A DNA stretch of 64,000 nucleotides. It comes from Ramazzottius varieornatus. Its lineage: Eukaryota; Animalia; Tardigrada. This document shows positions 50,381 through 62,885 of the stretch, piece by piece (position 1 is the stretch's first letter; each line of letters begins with the position of its first letter). The stretch lies in contig BDGG01000001.1 in assembly GCA_001949185.1 (NCBI GenBank), positions 758,128 through 822,127 of the forward strand, given 5' to 3'. The position numbers and the translations under genes were made by a program. The notes under the pieces were generated by a model. That model did not search any database. It saw only the letters and a program-made list of their open reading frames with translations, and was not told the origin of the DNA.

Positions 50381-51637
50381 AGCTTTCATTTTTTGCAGTT
50401 TGCTGTCTGTCCACCATCTTTCCTTTATGCATTTATTTGCCGTTCTTTCCTGGCTATGTATTTATTTTCTGCTGTTGAAGATGATTACTGTACTGGCATG
50501 GCAAAATATCAATACTTCCAGTGATGGATCGAAGAGGGATATAAGGACTATGTAGTTAAGAACTAACTGCCGGCCTGGCCGTAGTTTGCACGACATGACT
50601 TGCGTGCAGCAGAAACTATTAATAAATTGTCTTTCGAACAATTACTTTTTAGTATTCTGCGGGAGAAGACTTTGCCCATACCGACTGTCGTCATCAACTC
50701 GTCCTCGGGTTCCGGCATGCCCGTGATTTTTAGCGTCATGTCCAGTTGCGGTGGTGTTGGTGGTAGTGGTGGTTGTGGTCGTAGTGTTCTGCTGTTCATG
50801 AGTGGAAGGATGGTTCTTCGGCGGCTCCTTGGTTCGGACATCTGAAAAACCAAATGTTCTTTTCACCTTCTACGGCTTACGTGCAGACAGTTTAACTCAG
50901 CAGAGTGAGGCGAAAGATAGCACATATTACATGAGACAGATTCAAACACCGCCATACTTACTTTTGCGATCGGCCATTTCGGTCCGAATCGGGAGTAACG
51001 CTGCACTGTGTTTTCTGCCGGAAAGAAAAGATGGTCGATCAAATGCTTCCGTACGTAATACAGACTGCTGAACACAAAGTCTTGTAGAGCCTTTTATGCT
51101 ACTCAGGCATAAAGGTTCAAAATATCATAATTGAAATGAGCAATAAATCGTTGCCGGCAGGCGAATTACCAAATGAAACTTGTTTCCAGTGGGACTTCAG
51201 TTCAATGCTTATCTCGACGAACGAGTACTTATTTTTCTGTCAGACGCTCTAGCAGCACACCTTATCGCAAATCTCGATGGCCGATGAGACGAGCTATCAA
51301 ACGTCCAGGCTGTGAGATGACTTGATCTAAATACTGCCTGAAAAGCACAAAGGTGAAAACGTATTCTTACTGGCCTAAACTGAGAAGCGTCATCTAGTGG
51401 AAAGCACGAACTTACCACAACATGCTACACGACCATCAGCTTCTTGACGTCAAGGACCACGTCCATACATTGAACAAGGGACCGAGCGGCTATGCGGATT
51501 TTTTATGGGAGGTTTTGGCAGATTTTTAACCCCCATGAAGACAACTACGTGTAAATACGCGAGTTACAGGATAGTTTCCACAAGACGACCGTTCCGTACG
51601 TTAGAGTGATGTTCATTTGGGCAGGGGTGATCGGCCC

Positions 51638-52252
51638 CAGTGTTATTTTACTATGACTTTCGGAATTTTAATTCCAATTACCATTACTGAAATTCTCCCA
51701 GATTCCGTAATCTTAATTGCGAAACGTCTTTCCTCGCAGAATTCCCTATTATCTATTAATTTTACTTATACTGGCAGCAGGCATCTTAATTATTTTAACT
51801 GCTGAAGGATCAAAAACAGACGCAGCGTTCTTTCTTTAATCGCCAAATCAGTACTGCGCAGCAATACATGGTGAGCAAACTGCGGTGCGCGAAGCGCGCA
51901 GTCCCTTTTATAGAACCCTGTGCGCAAGCTATGGTCCTACACCCTACCTAGGGTGTGCTTCGCAGATGGTATTTGATGTCGAACAACGAAAACCATTCGG
52001 AAAATACCATAGATCTTGCACTTTTGGCCCCGTTTTTGCACTTTCACCTCATTTTAATTGCAGCTTACCACATATTTAATTATCTATTTTACTATGCGAC
52101 CACTCAGGCAATTTTACTGTAATTTTACTACATAGTAAAATTTGGCGGTTGATTTTCGCAATTTCAATTGCCATAGACATTCATAGTAAAACCAAAAACG
52201 CCCGAATTTCAGCCATCTTAAATCATCTATTACGATTATTAAAATAACACTG
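51638..52252. mobile_element. Non-autonomous hAT element (AT-rich)
   Basis: Perfect 13-bp TIR CAGTGTTATTTTA / TAAAATAACACTG with exact 8-bp direct flanks ATCGGCCC (51630-51637, 52253-52260). Confidence 0.9.
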
Positions 52253-52930
52253 ATCGGCCCTGTCTCCCTGTGTGAAACGTAGGGAATCAAAAAACTAAAT
52301 TTTGGCTTTAAATTCAATTTTTTACAAAGTTAAGAAAGTGTAAACTGCAAGTCATCGACTTTTCAAAATTTCAAAGTCCGAAGACCGACATTTCGAATCA
52401 GTGAAAACATATTTTTGGAGTTTTGAAAAAGAGTTACTGGTGAATCATAGTTCTGAAGCGTCAGAAAACCTGGTCACGCACAACCATGCTGAATCAACAC
52501 CTGTCTTGACCTCAGCATCGTTAACATTCACAAAGATGTCATCATCAGTCATCAGTAAATCGTCGATCGGTACATTGGAGGTAGAGAGCGGAGTAGCGTG
52601 AAAAAATCGACGCTAAAGCTGAATCCTCGTATTTACAATAAATCCACGATATCTGTACGCTGCGAAGCTTGTGCTTTTGTGCGCGGCTTTACGCTCTTCT
52701 GCTTGACAGTGAGAAATCACGCTATCTACGCGGTGCGTTTATTTTTTTATTAATGTTTTCAGAATTCCACTTCAAGAAAGGCAGCTCATCGAACGTATCT
52801 TCCTTAAAGCAAATTCACTTATCAGTGAACACATTCCTAGCATCGCTGAACAATCTTTGAGATGGCGTAATCGGAGCTTAAATATAGAGACGCCTTCTTC
52901 GCTAATGCATGAAGTATTAGCGTGCACTTA

Positions 52931-54596
52931 CACTGTCTCCCAATAGTGAGTAACCCCCCACCGCAATTTTTTTGAAGTTTCCATTTCTCGGTGTAGGAAA
53001 GTCCAAACCCTTTGAAATTATTTACGTAAACATAACCATAACCCCACCACCAAACAGCAGTAGTTTCGTAGAGTAAGCTTCTAAGTGCACCTCAGAAAAA
53101 TTCAAAGACCCAGAATGCTCACTCAAATGAAACCAACTTCATTATCATCACCATTAGTGAAAAAAATCCGTGTGCCCAAACCCCGAATCCGATTTCCCCA
53201 AAAATCAACCCGAGTGAGAATCGAACCAAAAGCTACGAAACGTAACACGCAATCAGCTGATTCTATTGTTCCGGCGTTTTGTGGATATTTTTCTGAAAAT
53301 GGCTCCCCAGAGGACAGAGCATAGTCTTGCTATTCGAAATCTCGTCATTAAGAAGCATCTTCTGAAAGTCTCAAACTATGAGATATCTAGGCAATTGCTT
53401 ATCCCACGGTGTAGTGTGATCAAGATCGTGAAGAAGTACAAGGAGATGGGAAGCGTCGAGAATAATCCGAGATGTGGACGACCAAGAAAAACAACCGCTC
53501 TGACGGATCGACTGATTGTTCGCAAGGCAGTGAAAGAGCGGCAGAAATCTGCTTCCACTATTGAAGAAGAGATCAAGGCCGGGCTATCAGTGTCAGTTTC
53601 GGAGGAAACCGTGCGCCGCAGGATCCATGAGAAAGGCTTGCACGGAAGAGTTGGCCGAAAAAAACCTTTGGTCAAACCCCATGCTCAGAAACTACGTTTG
53701 GAATTTTGTAAACGGTATGAGAAACAGCCGGTAAGCTTTTATGACAACATACTATGGTCGGATCTAAATTCAATCTGTTCGGGTCGGATGGAAAAGTGAT
53801 GGTGTGACGAAAACCGGGAGAAGAATTCCTTCCAGAATGCACAGTGCCTACTGTTAAGCACGGCGGGGGAAGTATCATGGTGTGGGGCTGCTTCTCAAGT
53901 TCTGGAGTAGGAAACCTTGTCATTGTCAGAGAAAACATGGATGCTGTGTACTACAAAGCGATTCTGAAGAGAAATTTGAAAGAATCTGGAAGAAAACTGA
54001 AACTGAAGTGAGGGTGGTGGTTTCGGCAGGATAACGATCCAAAACACAAGCCGATGCTTGTGTCGAACTGGCTGAACAAATACCATACAAAACAGCTGTT
54101 TTGGGCGCCTTATAGTCCTGATCTGAACCCTATCGAACATTTGTGGGCAGAAGTGGAAAGGCGACTAAGGAAAATCGAGTTGAAGAACATCGGACAACTG
54201 GAAGAAGCTATCGTGGAAGTGTGGTACAATATTGAGCCTGAGTTTTGTCGAAATCTCGTTCATTCGATGCCAAGACGCATTGCTAAGGTTAAAAAGAACC
54301 AGGGCTTTGCATCGGGCTATTGATCCCTGAATAGATTTCAGGAATAGTTGGCAGGAAAATGTTTCTCCCGAGGAGCGGCGCATAGTTGAATTTATCTCTT
54401 TTCGTATCACTTTTTGGTTCCTGGCTGACTGAAAACTTACGCGCAGATGTACTTGACAAATTTAGCTGTAGAAATCTAGAACAAGGTTTGTTCTTTCGTT
54501 TGACTATGCCTCTGCACCAAATAAAATCACTGCGATGAAGATATTCGGCAAAAACTCGAAGTTGAGGTGGGGGTTACTCACTTTTGGGAGACAGTG
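52931..54596 (+). mobile_element. Full-length but inactivated Tc1 (DD34E-type) transposon
   Basis: TA|CACTGTCTCCCAAWAGTGAGTAACCCCC TIRs at both ends with TA duplication; contains a transposase pseudogene. Confidence 0.95.
53299..54323 (+). pseudogene. Tc1 transposase pseudogene
   Basis: HTH region, GRPRKT, WSD, KHGGGSIMVWGCF, QDNDPKH and SPDLNPIEHLW. Frameshift right after WSD (~53763) and TGA stops at 53805 and 54009. Confidence 0.93.
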
Positions 54597-54982
54597 TAAT
54601 TACGCGGTGGAAACCTGAGTCAGCCCCGCTGCGCGGACTGTTGCGGGCTGGCATTCGCGCTATATTGCGCTGATCCACCTATAGTCCCTATACAATTTGC
54701 GCTGACGCGTGGAACAGCGTGGTACCGCGTGACCACGCTGCTACGAGCTCTAATTGAAGGTGGAGACTTCGGAGCAGTAGCGCCGCCACGTCCACCACAC
54801 GGTTATGCAGTCCGCGGAAATGGCGATCGACTCCAAAACCGATGACGAGGCAGCCGACAGCGATATCTGCGCCGAGCCCGATGACGGTGACGACATGGAT
54901 TTCCATGAGGGAGATTCTAAATATTTTTATTCCGCATCTACTTTGTATCTAGCTTTCAATCGCTATCAATTTCTTTTGGCGA

Positions 54983-55112
54983 AGGCTCCTCTCACCACCG
55001 ACACCACCGAAGGGCTCATCTCACCACCGGTTTTAATTGACACACCACCGATGGGCTCCTCTCACCACTAATATTTAAACTTTTGACACCACCAACGGCT
55101 CATCGCACCACC
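54983..55112. repeat. Cluster of GGCTC(C/A)TC(T/G)CACCAC and GACACCACC direct repeats
   Basis: Four GGCTC.TC.CACCAC units interleaved with (TT)GACAC(A)CCAC units. May be the subterminal array of an adjacent transposon. Confidence 0.65.
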
Positions 55113-55194
55113 GCCCAGAATTTTATTTCAACTGGAGGTGACCGAAATACGAGAAACTAGGTAGTATGTCCGTAATCTGTCGCTGGAAGAACAC

Positions 55195-55266
55195 GTCATC
55201 CTGTGGGTGACAAAGAACTCTCAGAAGTGGGTGTCATCCTGTGGGTGACCAAGGACTCTCAGAAGT
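55195..55266. repeat. 38-bp tandem duplication
   Basis: GTCATCCTGTGGGTGACMAAGRACTCTCAGAAGT occurs at 55195 and 55233. Confidence 0.9.
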
Positions 55267-55341
55267 ACCACAGTGTACATATTCATTTGGACAAACAGCT
55301 ATTCAAGAACCATGATTTCCGGGGCGACCCTGCGATCGGCG

Positions 55342-57043
55342 TTAGGTTGCGGCTCCGGTGCCCATTGGGCCAAATACGCCACCGCGTCGTCCGGCGTAAT
55401 AAAGGTGATTTAGAACAACTCGCTCGGCTGCGCGCCCGGGTCTACGCTTAACCTTTGTTGCGCTCTTTGCGCTAAAACTCGAACTCACCCAGCTAAGCAG
55501 ATTTTGTCCAGAGAAAGATGCCTCTCTGGGGTTCTTCTTTGCAGCAATTTCAGCAGCAAATGCCAGCGCGAAGAACGCACAGTCGACGCTGTTAACTTGG
55601 TCTTGTACTGATTCATTTTGACAGCGGAGTTCTTCCTCGCCTTGAGAATAGCACAGCCATAGCTCGTGCTTGACCTGCCAGGTCAACGCCACGCTTGGTT
55701 TGCTGTCAAACAAGCTCAGATCTCGTGTGGTCGGGTTCCATGCACTAGCCAACAAGTGATTAGCGCCATTGAAGTGCACTTGAACGCATGTGCTTGTTTT
55801 GTCAAGTCTTCGAAAGTCTGGGTCGTGTAATCGGTCCGGCGTGAGTAATCCCGAAATGGCTCCTCCACCACGTTGGGCTAGCAGCACGGCCGTCGCCCAT
55901 ACAATGCTCGGGCAAACTGTCTGGTTCCGCACAACACGCGCAATTTCAGTAACAGTAACAGCTGGGTTCTCAAAGCACGCATGGCGTAATCGTTCAGTAG
56001 TTTACCGAAAGTCGTAAAGACTGCTTGGTACGTGGCACCGACTCGAACTATCGCGTTTGTTTGTCTGATTGAGAAACCAAGTGAAGGTAGATGCGCGTAC
56101 TTTTCCACCGCAGAACCTGTACAAGATCTCGCTAAACTCCGACAGTGCAGGCGCAGTCCTCGCGTCATATGTATAGCTGCTTTCAAGGCGTGGAAGAAAC
56201 TCTCGATGGTATTGTTAGTGTTGTTTCCGTAGGTACGGACATTACGAAATGGGTAGGCCCATGACTCTCTACAGTCGTACCAGTTATCCTGCAGATAGTC
56301 TCGAAACTCTTCCGTCATGGTGCCATCGTTAATGAGGTCTTGCCAGTTTTTCTCGAAGTTGTCTTTATTGTAGCAGTGCGCAGCTTTGTCGAAGAGCTGG
56401 TAAATGCGCAGTCTGTCCTCCTTCACGTTTGGCAGTCTTCCGATCTTAGTCTTCATCCACTTCACCACATGAAACACGCACAGTAACGGTCTAGCTTAAG
56501 GTAGTTCTCTCTTCAGCAAAGCAATCTCGTGAAAGTCCTTGTCCGTAAAAGCTACTTCAACCCTTTCTCAATACTCTGGATGGGCGTCCTTGAAGGACTG
56601 AAGAAGGCCAAGTTCTCCTCTTTTTCCGACGAAAGCTGCCTGACCAACACCATTCTTGTCTTCACACATAATGGCATACAGGCAAAAGCCTTCCCGGTTA
56701 ATCTTGTAAGTAGCATCGATGAAGATTACTTCAGGGGGTACCACGGAAGTTTTTCGTGGTACCCCCTGAAGTACTGGTAAAATGATGCATATCCATCTTC
56801 CCGCTGCCTGGATAATCCGGATCGACATTTGGGCACAAACCACGTTTGCTTTGACATTTTTTCAAGAAGGAATAAACATAGCCAAGCATCGCATGATGGT
56901 TGAATTTGCTCATATGCACTTGAGGAGAATGCTGTTGCGTAACAGGTACCGGGAAGTGGAATCTTAGAGCCGCAGCGACTGATGCGCGAATGGAAGTCAG
57001 TTGTTGTTGCAGATTGTAACAACTTTAAGCGAAGGTGTCCCAC
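55342..57043 (-). mobile_element. Decayed Mutator-like (MULE, ZSWIM-type) transposase with downstream Ulp1-like (C48) protease
   Basis: Transposase motifs PEVIFIDATYKIN, TDKDFHEI, LLCVFHV, YLQDNW and TNNTIESF, with stops and frameshifts. Protease motifs NGANH, LFDS and QDQVNSVDCAFFALAFA at 55342-55830. Confidence 0.85.
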
Positions 57044-57651
57044 TTACACCTACAAAGGTGGCTTTGTCGCTTCTGCCTCATGGCTTTTGGCAATTTTCTA
57101 AGACGGACGTTGAGAAAACTGCAGATCTGCAATTCCGGAGGTGTTTTCCAGGAACGACTGGCTGAAACAGATGAGTGTTCTAAGTGGCGCACACGTTCAG
57201 CCAACGGCTACAAGAATGTGCGCGACCGAAGACAACGATCTGGCTTCATTCATTTGCCCACGTCACAATTTTCATGACTGACTTAGTGAGAACAATGTGA
57301 GAAATACAGAGCCAAACGTGTCAATACATTCTTGATATTTTAGTGCGTGATACAGAGAAGGAAGATTTTTCTGGTTCGGGTTCTGAGGAGGAAGATGGAG
57401 TGGAAACTGATGCACAACCAACCGAATTCCAGATTCCGTTACCCATCGAGGAAGTGTTTCCGAAGCCCGTCACCGAAGAGCACGAGAAAGGTGATAAAAG
57501 ATCAAAACCAAATGTTAAAAAAATTATTACTACTTCCGCTGCATTGTCGCGCACCATTTCTACCATATTCTAAATTCAGCAAAAAAGTTAGCACGATGCT
57601 TTTCGTGCGTCCAAAGGTCTAAGTCGGACCTACGCGAATAATCGGCGAGCT

Positions 57652-59300
57652 GTGACAGCTGAGGGAATTAGGCGACAGATACGGAAAAGAAGACATGCGG
57701 TCCCACGATGCGATCCTGCTTCAATGCAGTACTTGGCAGAGCAGCTTCGACATCTGACTACACACCCCAACGGTCGCCGGTTTTCTGCTCACATGATGGC
57801 TTACGCTGCCGCCCTTATGCACCAGGGAGAAAGGGCTTACCGCATCGTCCAACGGTCCCATAGCAATATTCTACCGTCGGTCAGGAACCTTTTTATACAA
57901 AGGTTCATCTCATCAAGTCATGGATGAACAACTGGTTAAACGTGCCCGCTCAACCGTTTCTTTATCCCGAATTCCCGAGCTCGTCTGCACCACTTAACCA
58001 ACGAGCACAATTTACGCACCTCAAGAAGGTGTACGACCAGGACAAGTTGACGCTGCTGAAGTCGAGCCGCTTGACCAGGAAGTCTGTCCGACCGCAGCCC
58101 ATTGAGAGACAGAATGTTAAGCGCGCTCTCGTGAACTTCGACAGCTCTACCATTGCATCGCTTCAGCTGTACGCATCGCACGATCCGAACGCCTACATGG
58201 GGTAAGGTAAAGCCTCCCAAAAAACCCCAACATGTTCATATGGGAGATCAGACAACGAACCCGAAAGAAGGGTTTCTCCAGAGGGCGCACGTTTGCACTT
58301 TTATCGGCTGAAAGCATGCACCACTTGGCATAACGATCTTTTGACTTTAATTGCTTCCCCAAGTGGCGCACGTTTGCGCTGTCTGTATCCCGCGACCCGC
58401 ATGCAGATTCCCCGACAAAAAAATCGGTGAACAAACCCGACAAAACAATTATTCCAAGTGGCGCGCGCTTCGAGCTTTTTCTCGATGTTTATTTTTGATT
58501 GACTGATTTAAATAGTTTATAGGTTCGAGCAGACAGTAACTATGCTGGACGTCATGTCCAGATGGTGGCCATCATGAATATCCACTCCATGTCTGCTGGC
58601 CGGCGATTTCGCAGCGAGACGTCTCTCCCGTTCACTCGAGTGGACGATGAGCGCCTAACATGGCTAGACCAGTTCTGTCTTTGGGCATCAAACTGGTCCG
58701 CTGGATGCAAGAGACTGACCGACAAGAACACCAAATCACCGGGCCTCACGACCACCACATTTAAGGCTCTCATCCGGACAACGCGAGGTGTAGTTCAGCT
58801 CATTCGCACGCTTTTGACTTCCGGCGCGTTTGAGTACGTTCTCACCGGTAAATTCCAGAGCGACACTATCGAGGCCCGCTTTGGATGCTACCGTAACCGT
58901 GCTGGGTATCAGCCCCTGGTCACAGCTACCGACTTGTTTTTTTGCCCAGAGCCGCATTCAGGTAAATCGAAAAGTTTTCTAAAATTATTGTGCTTGATGG
59001 AAGGTATTTTCTGGGAAATTTTCTTTACGCCGCGGAACACGTTTTTTAATTTATAGATGAATCAACATCTGATGGGGCACAAGTGCACGTTTGGCACCGT
59101 TGAGCTGTTCAAGTGTTCAAGCCAATGAAACGAAACTTCTGGCAAAACAATCAGCCGCTTCGTGTTCGGATGGTAGAAAACCCAAGAAAGCACGGCAAGA
59201 CCATGAAGCTGTCGAGATAATAGTAAGTTCCACACGTCCTCTGTCCTTGTTAGTAACTCCACCATTAGCAGTGTATAGTTCACCTCTCTACACTGTTTCA
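57652..59300 (+). mobile_element. P-element/THAP9-type transposase remnant with introns
   Basis: Motifs RRFS...AY......LPS, NNWLN, F.HLKKVY..D, RLTRKSV.P...ERQNVK.A, IMNIHS and YVLTGKFQSDTIEARFG.YR. The catalytic middle portion is missing; GT-AG intron at 58202-58522. Confidence 0.85.
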
Positions 59301-59859
59301 GCAGTTCCAGAGTGACGGAAAGAGTGGGAGAAGCGACGCAGTGGAACTGTTTGAACGCGATCGGTGTGTCTGTGAGCGCTGAGTAAATAAAGATTCTCAT
59401 AAGCGATCCTGCCTGTCTGGTTCTGCTGCCCACTGGCCAGCTTGTCTGACCTCTTCTGTAGCCCACTGCCGACTTTCCCCAGTTAGCTATTTGAGGCCAA
59501 AGAGTTTCACGGCCTGAACCCTTTAGAGTGGCTTTGTTCATGTGATCGATGTGTTTACTGCCGACTTCGCGTGGTATCCAAGCTGTAGCATGAAAGCATA
59601 TGCTATCGATTAGTCTGAATCACGGCAGACGAGGGAATGCTCAACTGTAAGACCAAGCAGACGCATTTCAAATCTAACCTGAAATGTCGTAGACTGCAGC
59701 AGAAAAGCATGCCCCTCTTTCAAACCACGCAATTCAGAGGCTGGCACAGCAGCACTGAATTACATGGCTGAGCTGGGTTCGCAAGCTCCCGTATAGGAAT
59801 CGTGTTGTCTGCTAGATACTTTGCTTGCGCGGATTCTTCATATGTATATCACGAGAAAC

Positions 59860-62800
59860 TATGGATAATCCGCCCGAAAAGAGCAACTGGAAGTCCTGGA
59901 TACGTCCGTCTGTCGCTCTAAAATTTCTACAATTTGTAGTTCGCATGGAAGCTTGGACTAGTTCTCCATTCTTGTTGACTGTTTTGGCTATATTTAACAT
60001 TATCCTCGGCGTTGTCAACGGTCTTCAGTCTTTGCGTTTTCCTGGTCTACCAGCAGAAACCCATTACAGAAACAAGTTCTTCTTCCATCTAATTTTTGGC
60101 TCAGCTTTCATCTTGTACGAGACACTTCGCCGAATTTATACCAAACCCGAAACTCAGAGGATCGACTGTAAAGCTGCGACAAAATTCGAATGGGATATTA
60201 CGGGCATTCCGCTGTTAAGCATCATATTACTGTTGATCATACGTTTCTACCCTAATGAACTATTGTGCGTTCCGCCTGCTTGTCCCAACTCCAACGATAA
60301 CGCTGTTTGGATTCAATCACGCACTTGGCCATTGTCTGCTCCAGAAATCGACTTACCTGCTATCCTGTATCGCGTAAGAATTTCGGGTATGAATAATCCA
60401 GCCTTGTGTTTAAAGGCCAGACATATATATGCAAAATGGTGCATTCTCCGAGCGTACAACGCTGTCATCTGTTAATACAGTCTATATCAGCAAAGTTGAT
60501 CCCTTCCACTAAGAGTTTCAATCAAAACTCCAGTTTTGCGCAATTAATTTCAGCCTTTTTGTGCTTGTAGTGTAGACTATTCCTCGGGTTGTAAAGTGCG
60601 TCATGGCTGATGCAGCCAGCACACGTACACGCAATTTGCCTAATTATCGGCCGGGACAGAATTATCGGCCACCGGCCGAGAGCGGCAGCGCATCGATTGA
60701 TTAGTTTGATTGCTCAGATTCAGCTGGCAGCCGTCGCTTTCGACCGGTGGCCAGTAACTTTGTCCCGGCCGATGATTAGGCAAATTGAGTGTACTTGTGG
60801 TTTTGACACAACGGAAAGTGCAAAGGGAGCGAAACGTGCCCTTTATGAAAAACAGTCTTGTAAATCGAAAACTTAAGATCTCCGATCGAAATTTGTTTAA
60901 CTGTGTGACGTACATTTTGGTTTAACATAGCAATGCCAGAAACCCCAAATTTTCGGAACTTTTAGGTCTCTGTCTCTGAGCAATCGACGATTTACCGGGT
61001 TTTCCATTGTATTTGGCCGAGTGCGGGAAATCCGAATTCCGCTTTCGGGCTCAATCAAACTCGGTGCCATTTTCACCGAAGGTGAAGAACTGCCAGTTCT
61101 AGCAGCTCTGCACGGTGATCAGATTCGTTACCGTGTCTCCAGAAGTTTTCTCGTGGATATGGGAAAACGTCACGGAGCAGGCTACACGGGGTACAACCCA
61201 TGGATGGAGAAATGCCCACTGCTTTTCTCAGCACCGTCCTTTTCAAATACGTCTTTCATGTATCGATGGTGGAGGGGTCTGCCCTTTTTTAGATATTTAA
61301 CACAGCGCTGAAAGTTTTTCGGTGTCAGTGGAAACCTAGTTGAAAAGCTGTTTTTGAGACATTTTGGACGACCTCGGTTCAGCTGACTGGAGTCTCCAGA
61401 AGACTATTTGAAAATTCAGAATTTATACCGCACTAGATGGAGAATTTATATAGCTCTGGATTGATACCAAAACATGCATACAAAACGTTTCGCGCAACTG
61501 AGCTGAGCTCTGAGGTTTTTCTGACGACCAGTGTGGTGGTGCAGCAGGGTCGAAGTATTATTTTCGCCTACCCTAGTCCGTTTTAATTTTGCCTGTGACT
61601 CATGGAGCCCGACGCTTCCATTGAGCCACCGCACACAACGTATAAAAACGATTGGGGATTCCGATGAAATTAAGTGGGATGGGTAAATTCTTGTTTGGTG
61701 GGAGCACGGGACTTTCCAAGTAAAGGGATCAACTTTTACTGATACAGACTGCATGTAAGGTAAGTTTATCCCTGCTGTTGTACATGGCGTGGCTCGGTAC
61801 GTATCATTATTCTTCTCCTCCCCAATTATCCGCCGTAATGCCAGCTCATTCTGCATCAACCACCTTGCTACGGTCGACGAATCTGGTTCTCAGAATTCTA
61901 ACCTGCGTACTTTTTGAATTTCAGTCCTGACATTCGGAACAACGTGGCTCGCTGGATGTGGCCAGATATTATCTCTTCTCGTTTGGTGTTCAGGTCGTGA
62001 TCTGTCAGTTCGCAAGATGCTGCAATCTGCATCCTATGGCCGAGTGGATTTGACCATGTGGAGAGAATTGGATTTTAAACATTCCGCGCCGAAAAAATAT
62101 CCGAATAAAGCTGATATTGCACTATTGTGCACGTCTCTGGGCACTGCATCCATCGCAATGCTGAATGTATTTGTCCTTAGACAAACGGACCAGCCGTGCC
62201 ATCGTTCCGCTGATGCTCATCCTCTGATGAATGGCATATACATCAGCTTGATCCTATCGACTGGTATTCTTGGTGTAACGGGTGCAAGTTGGATATGCGG
62301 GTACATTGCTAGTAGATTAAATACAACAGTGGACGCTTTAGGATGTGTATATCTAGCTCTGTATTTGACGTTAATGGATACAGTCCGAAGTAAATACGCT
62401 GTCTTCGCCTACCAGAAATATGGTGGAAACTTCGCTCGCGAAAATTCAGCAGGTTATAACTGCCTCGACTACTGGATGATGCTGTTCATTGGTAAACAAC
62501 ACATACAACAAACAGTTTGTGATAAGAAAGCTCCGGGCCCTTTTTATTGACCATGCTGCTGCAAGGCCTTGACAAGACTTTTGTTCGCAAGTAACAATCG
62601 TCACTCACTAGATAATTAGTCTCTGTTTCTAACAAAAGTGGTGGCTTAACTTTGATGCGTCGAGTGGAAGTATTGTTTGCTATTACAGGAACTCTCGCGG
62701 CATGTTTCTACAAGTCTATCCGAAGGATATTCATCACGCTGGAAGACCAGCGGATATCTGATATTGGCTCCATCGAAAAATGGCTATGTTGTTCCCAGAG

Positions 62801-62885
62801 CAGGAGTCTCGGTTTTCAGTCGTTGATGCAATACGTATACTGCTCGCTGACAGGTTCGGGTTCGGTAAAACATGATTTACCGTGA
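59860..62885 (+). CDS. Uncharacterised multi-pass membrane protein(s); one or two genes, exon chain uncertain
   Basis: Long hydrophobic ORFs 59860-60373 (three TM-like stretches, ending at a GTAAG donor) and 62017-62490 (three TM-like stretches, ending at a GTAAAC donor), plus a TM-like stretch at 62660-62720. No family recognised. Confidence 0.45.
60628..60791. mobile_element. Hairpin-shaped MITE with CACGC/CACTC ends
   Basis: TA|CACGCAATTTGCCTAATTATCGGCCGGGACAGA... mirrored by ...TTTGTCCCGGCCGATGATTAGGCAAATTGAGTG|TA; arms ~60 bp. Confidence 0.85.

Noticed and set aside
50642-50843. Thr-rich or Pro-rich minus-strand ORF after a good acceptor site
   Set aside because: Driven by a degenerate (GGT/GTT)n tract; no coherent upstream coding exon found.
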